Both the position numbers and the translations under genes were made by a program. 64,000 bases of DNA from an uncultured delta proteobacterium (lineage in GTDB: Bacteria; Desulfobacterota; Binatia; Binatales; Binataceae), in contig CAVXXK010000014.1 in NCBI GenBank assembly GCA_963765675.1, positions 96,001 through 160,000 on the forward strand, in the 5' to 3' direction. This document shows positions 1-8,342 of the stretch, in pieces. Below the pieces are notes generated by a model. It was given only the letters and a program-made list of their open reading frames with translations, did no database searches and had not been told where the DNA came from. Numbering within the stretch: position 1 is the stretch's first letter; each line of letters starts with the position of its first letter.

Positions 1-5
1 GCGTC

Positions 6-2240
6 GTGATCGATTTTTCCGGCACGGCCGAAGCGGTGCGAGAAGCTTTTCATACCGAGATTCACGATCTCGAAGTGGATGGCACGGCATATATCGCCAA
101 CATGAGCGACCCGCGGATTCCAGTCGCGTTGGCACCCGCGGTTGTGGGAGTCGTTTCGCTGAACGACTTCATGCCGCGCGCGATGAACCTGCCGCGGCCT
201 GCATACACCTTCACCGGTTGTGGCTTTATCACCGGGAGCGATTGCTACGCGGTGGTGCCCGCTGACCTCGCCACCATATACAACTTCAACCCGCTGTTCG
301 CCGAGGGATATTCGGGGCAGGGACAGACGATCGTCGTCGTCGAAGACTCAGACGTGTTCAGCACTTCGGACTGGAATACTTTCCGTACGACTTTCGGTCT
401 AGCAAGCGCTTACCCTGAGGGAAGCCTGACGCAGGTGCATCCGGCGGGCAGCGGCGCGAACAATTGCACGGATCCGAAAGCGAACGGCGACGACAATGAA
501 GCCGAAATCGACGTCGAGTGGTCGAGCGCCGCAGCTCCCAGCGCGGCGATCGAGCTCGCATCATGCGCCGACACCGTCACCTTTGGCGGTTTTATCGCGA
601 TGGAGAATCTGCTCAGCGCCCAAGGAACACCGCCAGCGATCGTTAGCATTAGCTATGGCGAGTCCGAGGCGGACCTGGGCGCGGCGGGAAACGCGTTCAT
701 CAATTCGTTGTATCAGGAAGCGGCTGCCGCGGGCGTGTCGGTGTTCGTGTCGTCGGGCGACGAAGGCGCGGCCAGCTCCGACGCCGACAAAACCGTGGCG
801 ACGCACGGCATCGCAGTCAGCGGATTCGCCTCGACGCCGTACGATGTTGCGGTAGGCGGCACTGATTTCGGCGACACCTCCGCGGGCGTCAACAGCAGCT
901 ACTGGAGCGCCGCGAATGGAACCGCTGACGGCTCCGCGCTTTCCTATATCCCGGAGATTCCGTGGAACGACTCATGCGCGAGTGAGCTGATCTCGAGCTT
1001 CTTCGGTTATAGCGCCGCCTATGGATCGAGTGGCTTCTGCAACAGCTCTGTCGGCACCGGCAACTTTCTGACGACGACCTCGGGCAGTGGCGGACCGAGC
1101 GGATGCGCCAGCGGTGCGCCCTCGAGCCCGGGCGTTGTCGGCGGAAGTTGCGCCGGATACGCCAAGCCGAGTTGGCAACGGGTGGTCGGTAACCCGAGCG
1201 ACGATGTGCGTGATATTCCCGACGTGTCGATGTTCGCAGCCAACGGGGTTTGGGATCACTACTATGAAGTCTGCTTTTCGGACACGAAGCATGGCGGGAT
1301 GTCTTGTGCGGGGATGCCGGATACTTGGGCCGGATTCGGCGGAACGTCAGTTTCCTCGCCGATCATGGCGGCGATTCAGGCGCTTGCAAACCAGCGCAGC
1401 CAGCAGCGGCAGGGCAACCCGAATCCGACTTACTATTCGATCGCAGCGACTGAGTACGGCGCATCAGGCAATTCGTCCTGCAACTCTTCTCGTGGCAACG
1501 AGGTGTCTGGCTCCTGTGTCTTTTACGACGTGACCCAGGGCGATATGGACATTAACTGCACGGGCTCGAACGATTGTTACACGCCATCGGGAAGCAACGG
1601 CGTGCTCTCTACTTCGAACTCGGCGTTTTCACCCGCCTATCGTGCCGGCACCGGATGGGATTTTGCCACGGGCATCGGAACCGTCAATGCGTTCAACCTG
1701 GTGACGTCGTTCCCCGCGGGAAGTCCCACGCCGACGCCAACCGCTACCCCTACTCGTAGCGCAACTCCAACCCCGACTGCCACGCCGACCACGGCCACTG
1801 CTACCGCGACGGCCACTGCGACCGTCCCCGCTACACACACGCCAACCGCAACGGCGACTGGGACGACTGCGCCAACTCCTACTGCGACCGTTACTCCGGT
1901 TGCGGACAAGCTTTCGATTTCTGCGACAGCTATCTATTTTGGCAAGGTCGCGGTCGACGCTACCAGCAAGCCGAAGAAAATCACCATCAGCAACCGCAAG
2001 CACAAGCGCGCGCTGCCGGCGATCGTCGTGAGCGAGGAATCAAGTACCCCCGGAGTCTTCATCGTCGATGATCAGTGCCAGACGACGCTGTTGCCGGGCG
2101 AACACTGCGTACTGACGATCGAATTCGCGCCCACCACGATCGGGAAGCAGTCGGCGACGCTAATAATCAATGACAACGCCGAGAGGAATCCGCAGACGGT
2201 GACTCTGAAAGGGACCGGGAAGGCAGTCCCTACGCGCTAA
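6..2240 (+). CDS. S53 (sedolisin/kumamolisin) serine peptidase, probably 5'-truncated at the window edge, with Thr/Pro linker and C-terminal Ig-like (choice-of-anchor D) domain
   Basis: Catalytic E-xxx-D (EAEIDVEW), oxyanion SSGD, nucleophile GGTSVSSP, Ca-site GWDFATGIG; (PT/AT)n linker; C-terminal FGKV...C..L.PG..C...I.FAP...G...A.L.I.DNA..NPQ.V.L.GTG. Confidence 0.9.
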   Translation: MIDFSGTAEAVREAFHTEIHDLEVDGTAYIANMSDPRIPVALAPAVVGVVSLNDFMPRAMNLPRPAYTFTGCGFITGSDCYAVVPADLATIYNFNPLFAEGYSGQGQTIVVVEDSDVFSTSDWNTFRTTFGLASAYPEGSLTQVHPAGSGANNCTDPKANGDDNEAEIDVEWSSAAAPSAAIELASCADTVTFGGFIAMENLLSAQGTPPAIVSISYGESEADLGAAGNAFINSLYQEAAAAGVSVFVSSGDEGAASSDADKTVATHGIAVSGFASTPYDVAVGGTDFGDTSAGVNSSYWSAANGTADGSALSYIPEIPWNDSCASELISSFFGYSAAYGSSGFCNSSVGTGNFLTTTSGSGGPSGCASGAPSSPGVVGGSCAGYAKPSWQRVVGNPSDDVRDIPDVSMFAANGVWDHYYEVCFSDTKHGGMSCAGMPDTWAGFGGTSVSSPIMAAIQALANQRSQQRQGNPNPTYYSIAATEYGASGNSSCNSSRGNEVSGSCVFYDVTQGDMDINCTGSNDCYTPSGSNGVLSTSNSAFSPAYRAGTGWDFATGIGTVNAFNLVTSFPAGSPTPTPTATPTRSATPTPTATPTTATATATATATVPATHTPTATATGTTAPTPTATVTPVADKLSISATAIYFGKVAVDATSKPKKITISNRKHKRALPAIVVSEESSTPGVFIVDDQCQTTLLPGEHCVLTIEFAPTTIGKQSATLIINDNAERNPQTVTLKGTGKAVPTR
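1722..1897 (+). repeat. Low-complexity Thr/Pro/Ala linker-coding repeat inside the peptidase
   Basis: Translates SPTPTPTATPTRSATPTPTATPTTATATATATATVPATHTPTATATGTTAPTPTATVTP. Confidence 0.8.
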
Positions 2241-2288
2241 GCCCGCGTTCTAGCCCACTCCTCTAATACGTGGTCGCGGATGGGGTCC

Positions 2289-3245
2289 TCACGGCTGGCG
2301 TACTGCCGGAATCACTTCTTCGGCGAAGTTCTGAAACTCCTCTTCGATCAGGATCGGCCAGCGCAAGCTGAAGATGAAGTGCGTGACGCCGACCTTGACG
2401 TACTGCGCGATCTTGTCGAGGCATTCGTCCTTGCTGCCGATCATGATTCGATCGCGCGCCTGTTCGGGCGTGATCCGCGCCATGCTCGCGACGACGCCGG
2501 AGATCATCTGCTCGCGCTCTTTGGACGCCTTGTAGCAGAGCGGCAGCATGATGGTTTTTTCGATTTCGTCGGTGTCGCGCCCGCCCGTGTCGCCGTGCCG
2601 CTCAATAACGTCGATCAGACGTTTCATCTCGGTCGGATTCGCATGCATCGTATTCCACATATCGGCATGCTTCGCGACGATTTTGAGCAGGAATTTTTCT
2701 CCGTGTCCGCCGATCATCAATGGGATGCGCGGCTTCTGGAGCGGTTTTGGATTACAGACCGCGTCGACCACGTGGTAGTGCTTGCCATCGACCGTGGTTC
2801 TGTCCTGGGTGAACATCCCATTGATGATCTGGCACGACTCGTCGAGCGCCTCGAGCCGCCCGCGGAGAGTTTTGAAATCGATCCCGAAGTTCCGATGCTC
2901 CAGCTCGTTCCATCCGGCGCCCAAGCCGAGATTGAGCCTGCCGCCGCTTACGTGGTCAAGCGTCGCCGCCATCTTCGCGATCAAGCACGGATTGCGATAG
3001 GTGTTGCCGTTGACCAGCGCTCCGATGCGGGCGCGCTTGGTGTGCTGGCTGAGCGCGCCAAGCAGCGTCCAGTTTTCCATACAGGGGCCGGCAGGGTCGG
3101 GCGTGAAGATCGGATAGAAGTGATCGAAGGCCCACAGCGAGTCGTAGCCCCAGCCGTCGAGTCTTCCCCACACGTCGCGCATCCGCTCCCACGTGACGTT
3201 TTGTTGCCCGGACTGAAATCCAAATCTAATTGGATGCTTGGCCAT
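2289..3245 (-). CDS. LLM-class (probably F420-dependent) oxidoreductase
   Basis: GYDSLWAFDHFYP, YRNP..IAKMAATLDHVSGGRL.LGLGAGW, PLMIGG.GEK; start MAKHPIRFG after an AAGGA RBS. Confidence 0.9.
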   Translation of the reverse strand: MAKHPIRFGFQSGQQNVTWERMRDVWGRLDGWGYDSLWAFDHFYPIFTPDPAGPCMENWTLLGALSQHTKRARIGALVNGNTYRNPCLIAKMAATLDHVSGGRLNLGLGAGWNELEHRNFGIDFKTLRGRLEALDESCQIINGMFTQDRTTVDGKHYHVVDAVCNPKPLQKPRIPLMIGGHGEKFLLKIVAKHADMWNTMHANPTEMKRLIDVIERHGDTGGRDTDEIEKTIMLPLCYKASKEREQMISGVVASMARITPEQARDRIMIGSKDECLDKIAQYVKVGVTHFIFSLRWPILIEEEFQNFAEEVIPAVRQP

Positions 3246-3416
3246 TTCCTTGACCTCGTTGGATGCGCTGATTTGCGACGGAGGTTTACATGCATAGCAC
3301 ACACGCCGAACATTTCGGAGCGGAGATGACTTCCCTTGGGCCGAATCATCCTGTCGCTGATTTCGGGGGTTGCTGTCGGTCCGCGACAGTGAAAAAAGTG
3401 GTTCGAGGTTAGGACG

Positions 3417-4100
3417 ATGCGCCGCGCCGATCGCCTGTTCGAGATAATCCAGCGCTTGCGCCGGCGCAAAGTGGTGACCGCAAGCTCGCTCGCAGAATAC
3501 TTTGAGTTGAGCGAGCGCACCATCTATCGGGACATCGCCGATCTGATCGCAAGCGACGTCCCGATCGAGGGCGCGGCCGGCGTCGGCTATTCATTGCGCA
3601 AAGGTTATGACTTGCCACCGCTGATGTTCAGCGAGAGCGAGCTCGAGGCCCTCGTCTTCGGCGCTCGCATGGTGCAGAACTGGAGCGACGCCGAGCTGGG
3701 CCAGGCTGCCGATGCTGCGTTGTCGAAGATCGAGAACGTGTTGCCCCCGCATCTGCATCGGATGCTTGAGGACAGATCGCTGTGGGCGCCGAAAGATATG
3801 CGCAAGGTACCGGTGACGTTCGATCTCGGAGGGCTGCGGGCGGCGATTCGCGGATGCCGAAAGGTCCGTTTTCGATATTGCGACGAGAAGGGAGCGGAGA
3901 CGCGGCGCAAAGTGCGTCCCCTGAGTCTGTGGTTCTATCCACCGGTCTGGATAGCGGCGTCCTGGTGCGAGTTGCGTAACGAGTTCCGCTTTTTCCGCAC
4001 TGATCGCATGAGCGATGTCGAGTTTCTGGGCGAACCGTTCACTCAGGAGCCTGGCAAGTCCGCCGGGGATCTCTTCCGCCAATTGCTCCGCAAATCCTGA
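3417..4100 (+). CDS. YafY-family HTH-WYL transcriptional regulator
   Basis: MRRADRLFEIIQ.LR, SERTIYRDI, GVGY, LPPLMFS..ELEAL, WYL domain (R.V.P..L, WCELR..FR.FR.DR). Confidence 0.92.
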   Translation: MRRADRLFEIIQRLRRRKVVTASSLAEYFELSERTIYRDIADLIASDVPIEGAAGVGYSLRKGYDLPPLMFSESELEALVFGARMVQNWSDAELGQAADAALSKIENVLPPHLHRMLEDRSLWAPKDMRKVPVTFDLGGLRAAIRGCRKVRFRYCDEKGAETRRKVRPLSLWFYPPVWIAASWCELRNEFRFFRTDRMSDVEFLGEPFTQEPGKSAGDLFRQLLRKS

Positions 4101-4111
4101 CGCCCCAACGC

Positions 4112-4133
4112 TCCTGACATACCGCTGTCAGGA
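4112..4133. promoter_or_regulatory. Palindromic operator TCCTGACA-N6-TGTCAGGA (putative YafY/WYL site 1)
   Basis: Perfect 8-bp inverted arms with a 6-bp spacer just downstream of the WYL gene. Confidence 0.65.
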
Positions 4134-4166
4134 TCTCGCCCGACGCGCGCGAGCCGCCCGACATTA

Positions 4167-4184
4167 CTGACAGGTGGCTGTCAG
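4167..4184. promoter_or_regulatory. Palindromic operator CTGACA-N6-TGTCAG (putative YafY/WYL site 2)
   Basis: Same core and spacer as site 1; upstream of the cupin gene. Confidence 0.65.
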
Positions 4185-4264
4185 CAACGCCTCGCGGCTA
4201 ATCGAGAGCACAGTGTTAGATTCTTTCTCAACGCGTTTCCTGCATTTTGTTGAGGAGAGGGATC

Positions 4265-4639
4265 ATGAGGATGACGCAGCTTTCAGAACGTCCGGCGATG
4301 CAAGATCGAGTGATCGTCCTCAAGTCGGCCGAAGAAACCGCCGGCGAACTATACCAATGCGAGTATATCGCGCGCGTGGTGACGTCGCGTCCCAGGGATC
4401 ACATACACACGCAGCAAGAGGAGCGGCTGGAGGTGATCGAGGGCACTGTGCGATGCCGTGTAGCGGGACAGGAGTTTGTTCTGGAGCGGGGTAGGGTGAT
4501 GGTGATTCCGCCCGGCACTCCGCACGCCGTTTGGAACGAAGACCCGCTAGGGTCGCGCTCGATTTCGGAGTACCGTCCGGCAATGAATGCGGAGGCGATG
4601 TTCCGCGGCTGCATTGTTAAGGACCCGTCACGTCGGTAG
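4265..4639 (+). CDS. Cupin domain protein
   Basis: HIHTQQEERLEVIEG ... IPPGTPHAVWN cupin motifs; GAGGAGAGG RBS. Confidence 0.8.
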   Translation: MRMTQLSERPAMQDRVIVLKSAEETAGELYQCEYIARVVTSRPRDHIHTQQEERLEVIEGTVRCRVAGQEFVLERGRVMVIPPGTPHAVWNEDPLGSRSISEYRPAMNAEAMFRGCIVKDPSRR

Positions 4640-4697
4640 CTTGCTCGCAGACGTAAAGATTGGATACTGCTAACCACGCAAGCTCAAGGAGTTCTTC

Positions 4698-5342
4698 ATG
4701 CCAACACTATATGGAACGCTCGGGTCACCATTCGTTCGAAAAGCCATCGTCGCTTTGACCGAAAAAGGAATTGCCTACGAGCACGACCCGGTCGTTCCGT
4801 TCGGGAATCCTGAGTACCGCAAAATCAGCCCGCTTGGAAAAATTCCGGCCTTTCGTGATGGCGACCGCACGCTTGCTGATTCGTCGGTGATCATCGCATA
4901 CCTGGAGCGGACACATCCCGAACCTCCGCTTTATCCTTCCGATCCCTACGAATATGCCCGCGCTTTGTGGTTCGAGGAGTACGGCGACGGGGGTCTGGCG
5001 CCGATCTTGGGCGGAAAGATCTTCTTCACGCGCATAGTCGGTCCGCGATTCTTCAACCAGCCTGCCGATGAAGCCGTAATCAAAAAAGTTCTCGACGAGG
5101 AAGTTCCACCCCTCTTCGACTATCTCGAGAAGGAAATCGGCGACAAGAAGTTCCTGGTCGGAAATCGCTTCACGATCGCCGATATCGGCATCGCGACGAT
5201 CTTCGTGAACTTCGAGCTCGCGGGATGCAGCATCGACGCAAAGCGCTGGCCGAAGCTCGCCGCCTATGTCGAGGGCATCCACAACCGGCCGAGCTTTAAG
5301 GCAGTGATAGACAAAGAAAAGGCGATGTTCCAAGCCGCGTGA
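4698..5342 (+). CDS. Glutathione S-transferase family protein
   Basis: SPFVRK, SPLGKIP, ADSSVI..YLE, FTIADI. Confidence 0.92.
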   Translation: MPTLYGTLGSPFVRKAIVALTEKGIAYEHDPVVPFGNPEYRKISPLGKIPAFRDGDRTLADSSVIIAYLERTHPEPPLYPSDPYEYARALWFEEYGDGGLAPILGGKIFFTRIVGPRFFNQPADEAVIKKVLDEEVPPLFDYLEKEIGDKKFLVGNRFTIADIGIATIFVNFELAGCSIDAKRWPKLAAYVEGIHNRPSFKAVIDKEKAMFQAA

Positions 5343-5369
5343 CCAACTCAGCCTTACGAATCTATTGGG

Positions 5370-5394
5370 GACTCCCTGATGGTAGTAGGGAGTC
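5370..5394. terminator. Hairpin between convergent GST and DUF2934 genes
   Basis: GACTCCCT-N9-AGGGAGTC; no clear U-tract. Confidence 0.4.
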
Positions 5395-5426
5395 TGGCTG
5401 CCTGGATAAAAGGCGCTCTGCGGCCG

Positions 5427-5732
5427 TTACCGCTGGATACGCGCGCGGTCTTTCCCGGCCTGCTCAGCTCGCTTGAGGATTTCGCCTTCGGGGCCGTCAA
5501 TTGCCCGTCTAGCTTCCTCGGCCTTGCGAGCGACCTGTCCGCTCTGTTCAAACTTCCTCTCTTTCCTTTCATACTCGTGCGCGGCTTCGAGGCCGGCTTC
5601 ATCGTTGGGTTCGTTTAGATCAAGCTGGCTTTCCGCTTCGTACCAGTCCTCGTCCTGACGCCCTTCAGGCCGGCCTTTGCTTTCCCAGATTTGATAGGCT
5701 CGCTCGCGAATGCGGCGATTTCGGTCATCCAT
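5427..5732 (-). CDS. DUF2934-domain stress-associated protein
   Basis: RIRERAYQIWE..GRPEG...EDWYEAE signature; GAGAGG RBS. Confidence 0.8.
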   Translation of the reverse strand: MDDRNRRIRERAYQIWESKGRPEGRQDEDWYEAESQLDLNEPNDEAGLEAAHEYERKERKFEQSGQVARKAEEARRAIDGPEGEILKRAEQAGKDRARIQR

Positions 5733-5779
5733 TACCAGACCTCTCGCTTGATTAAAGATTAAGGGAGAACCTGAAAACG

Positions 5780-5795
5780 AGCATCTGTTGTGCCA
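5780..5795 (-). promoter_or_regulatory. Putative sigma54 -24/-12 promoter for the DUF2934 gene
   Basis: Minus strand TGGCAC-AACAG-ATGCT (GG-N10-GC). Confidence 0.55.
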
Positions 5796-5931
5796 CGGCG
5801 GCAAGAGTCAGGGTCAGAAAGAAAAGCGACGCGACAGCGAATGTTTCCGGAATCGCGTTCGTCGGTTCGGAAAAGCAGATACAGGAAGTTCTATAAAAAT
5901 TGCTCACCAAGTTTGTGCGCGCGCCAGCAAA

Positions 5932-6360
5932 TCAAATGGGTGGTCGGCGACGGAACCGTTCGATCGAGGCGAGCAAAGTTTGAGGAGCGACTGGCTTGCG
6001 CAGGAGGTGGTCGGCTTTGATTGGTTTGACGATCTCACCAACCGCCGAAAGCACGACCACCGGGATTCTATCGAGTCGTTTGTCGGCGAGTTGCGCTTCG
6101 CGAAATCCCCATCCATCCATCCGCGGCAGCATCAGGTCCAGCAGAATCAGGTCGGGTAAATCACCGCTGGCAAGCATCTCGAGTGCCGCGATCCCATCGA
6201 TAGCGTGCGAAGCACGATAGCCGGAAATCTTTAAGAGATCGCATAGGGCTGAGGCGAGGTCGGGATCATCTTCGATCACAAGGATCTTCGCGGCAGGAGG
6301 CGCGTCGCCGATCTCTTTCAGATCAGCGCTATGAGACGATGATTTGCGACCCTCCGGCAC
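5932..6360 (-). CDS. Single-domain response regulator (receiver); start uncertain
   Basis: ILVIEDD, PDLILLDLMLP.MDG, IPVVVLSA, LRKP. Confidence 0.9.
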   Translation of the reverse strand: MPEGRKSSSHSADLKEIGDAPPAAKILVIEDDPDLASALCDLLKISGYRASHAIDGIAALEMLASGDLPDLILLDLMLPRMDGWGFREAQLADKRLDRIPVVVLSAVGEIVKPIKADHLLRKPVAPQTLLASIERFRRRPPI

Positions 6361-6371
6361 CGCGGGCTCTC

Positions 6372-7592
6372 CTAGTTCCTTCGCCTGGTGTCTGGAGTCG
6401 CGATGCGGGGCAGCTCGATAACGAAACGGGTCCCGCCGCTGGTGCGATTCTCGGCTGTTATGGACCCTTTGTGCTGCTCGACAATCTGGCTTGCGATATA
6501 CAGCCCCAATCCGAGTCCGCCATAGTTGCGGCTGACGGAGGTTCGCTCGAAGCGCCCGAAAATTCGCGAGAGATCCTCTGCTGGTATACCGATGCCGCGA
6601 TCTTCCACCACCAGGACGGCCTTTGCGTCCTTGGTCTCGAGCTGGACATCAATCGGACGTCCGGCGCCGTACTTGATTGCGTTGGATACGACGTTGCTCA
6701 GTGCTTCGTCGAGTCGAAATTTGTCCGCCAGCGCGACGATTCCGCTGCCGATCGCCAGCCGAATTTCGCTGCCGGCGTTCGAAGCCTGTTCCGAGAGCCG
6801 TTCCGCGACATCGTTTATGATTTCGCCCAAGTCGCAGGGCGCCAGGTCCAGCTTGAGTCTTCCACTGGCCAGTTGAGAAACATCGAGCAGGCGGTCCACC
6901 AGCCGTCCGATTCTTTCCGCCTGATCCTGCGCGCGCCGCACGCTCGGTTGCACCTGTTCGATATCGCCCTTCGCGGCGTGACGTTCGAGCAATCCCAGCC
7001 GAAGGACCAGCGTGCTCAGCGGAGTGCGCAATTCATGCGAGGCAATCGCGAGAAACTCGTCGCGCATCCGTACGGCGGCCTCGGCCTGCTCGTTGCGTTT
7101 GCGCTCACTCAGGTCAGTCACGATAGCACCGATCGACCGGCCTTCTTCGAGATTGACCGGGTTGAGCGAAAACTGGGTCGGAAGAGTGGTTCCCGAAGGC
7201 GCCAAGAGCACCATCTCGGCGCGAATCGGATCGAGACTTCCTTGCCGGATGAGCCTTTTGAGCGACTCGCGGTCTTCGGAAGGTACGAATTCGCATACGT
7301 CGCGACCCATAATCTGATCGAGCTGAACGCCGACCATGTGCGCGAATGCGGAGTTGCAGTAAAGGATGATGCCGTCGTTCGAGAGCGAGATCGCGCCTTC
7401 GTTCATGCTCTCGACTAAAACGCGGTATGGATGCTCCGCGCCTTCGAGCGTGAAGACTTTTTCGCCCGAAGGACCGGACACCACCACGGCATCGACCTCG
7501 CCGCTGCGGATCGCGTTGAGGGTTTCTTCCGCCTCCTGGAGGCGTTGCCGCAACTCATCGAGTTCCAGGCGTACGGAGGGCTTTTGATTCAT
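6372..7592 (-). CDS. PAS-domain sensor histidine kinase (kai-operon associated)
   Basis: N-terminal coiled coil plus PAS (LVESMNEGA...YCN.AF), H-box SHELRTPL, N-box NAIKY, DRGIGI, GLGLGL; no TM helix. Confidence 0.93.
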   Translation of the reverse strand: MNQKPSVRLELDELRQRLQEAEETLNAIRSGEVDAVVVSGPSGEKVFTLEGAEHPYRVLVESMNEGAISLSNDGIILYCNSAFAHMVGVQLDQIMGRDVCEFVPSEDRESLKRLIRQGSLDPIRAEMVLLAPSGTTLPTQFSLNPVNLEEGRSIGAIVTDLSERKRNEQAEAAVRMRDEFLAIASHELRTPLSTLVLRLGLLERHAAKGDIEQVQPSVRRAQDQAERIGRLVDRLLDVSQLASGRLKLDLAPCDLGEIINDVAERLSEQASNAGSEIRLAIGSGIVALADKFRLDEALSNVVSNAIKYGAGRPIDVQLETKDAKAVLVVEDRGIGIPAEDLSRIFGRFERTSVSRNYGGLGLGLYIASQIVEQHKGSITAENRTSGGTRFVIELPRIATPDTRRRN

Positions 7593-7594
7593 CC

Positions 7595-7936
7595 TCACTT
7601 TGAGCCACCCCCAATTGCGAGATTGAGCAGCACCTTGGGCCGGTCGGATAGATCGCCGATCATACGGCGGGTCGGGAGCGGTCGCTCCTTGATAAGGGTG
7701 GGGGCGGCGATGATGTCCGATTCGGTCGCGCGGCCAGGCTCCTGGTAGATGTCAATCACTTCCAAATCGTACTGTCCCTTCAAATTTGCCTCGCAAATCT
7801 CGCACAGATTCCGAATCGCCCGCGTGGAACGTGGAGTGGTCCCGCTGGTAAACAGACGCAGCACGTAACGTCCCGGCCGCATCTGTTTCTTCCTGCCGCT
7901 GGTTGGTTTCGGTTTGATATGATGAATTTTTGCCAC
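7595..7936 (-). CDS. kaiB: KaiB-family protein (second copy)
   Basis: YVLRLF..G.TPRS.RAI.NL..ICE..L.G.YDLEVIDIYQ.P, IIAAPTLIK..PLP.RRMIGDLS. Confidence 0.92.
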   Translation of the reverse strand: MAKIHHIKPKPTSGRKKQMRPGRYVLRLFTSGTTPRSTRAIRNLCEICEANLKGQYDLEVIDIYQEPGRATESDIIAAPTLIKERPLPTRRMIGDLSDRPKVLLNLAIGGGSK

Positions 7937-7945
7937 GACGTTTTC

Positions 7946-8311
7946 TCAGGCGGAAGCCATCTCCAGGCTGAGCAGGACCTTCTCAGTCGCCGAAAGATCG
8001 CCGATGATGCGCCGGGCAGGTTCCGGCAGTTTCCGGACCAGCGTAGGGATTGCGACAATCTGATCGGCCTTCGCGAGCTCCGGGTTTCGCATCAAATCAA
8101 TCACCTCGATCGTGCAATGGCCGGGCATATGGGTGTCGCAGATCCGCCGCAGGTTCGCGATCGCCGCGACCGATCGCGTGGATTGCCCGGCGACGTACAG
8201 CCGCATCACCCACGATTCCAACGGCGATTGCCGGATGTTCTTGCGGGGAACGGGCTTGGCCGCAGCCAGTTTCCGAACATGCTTTTTCGGAGAAGCGGTC
8301 TTCTTTTTCAT
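7946..8311 (-). CDS. kaiB: KaiB-family protein (first copy) with basic N-terminal tail
   Basis: MRLYVAGQS.RS..AIANL..IC, IEVIDL..NPELA..DQIVAIPTLVRKLP.P.RRIIGDLS. Confidence 0.93.
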   Translation of the reverse strand: MKKKTASPKKHVRKLAAAKPVPRKNIRQSPLESWVMRLYVAGQSTRSVAAIANLRRICDTHMPGHCTIEVIDLMRNPELAKADQIVAIPTLVRKLPEPARRIIGDLSATEKVLLSLEMASA

Positions 8312-8342
8312 CCAAGCAACCTAATTAGAAGTGACACTTCTA

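Noticed and set aside
2280-3329. 349-aa plus-strand ORF and similar long antisense ORFs (6339-7418, 43465-45954, 57556-59466)
   Set aside because: Shadow frames of well-supported genes on the opposite strand in GC-rich DNA; no motifs
3373-3389. CTGTCG-N5-CGACAG palindrome upstream of the WYL gene
   Set aside because: Half-sites are in the opposite orientation with a different spacer from the two downstream operators; single short instance
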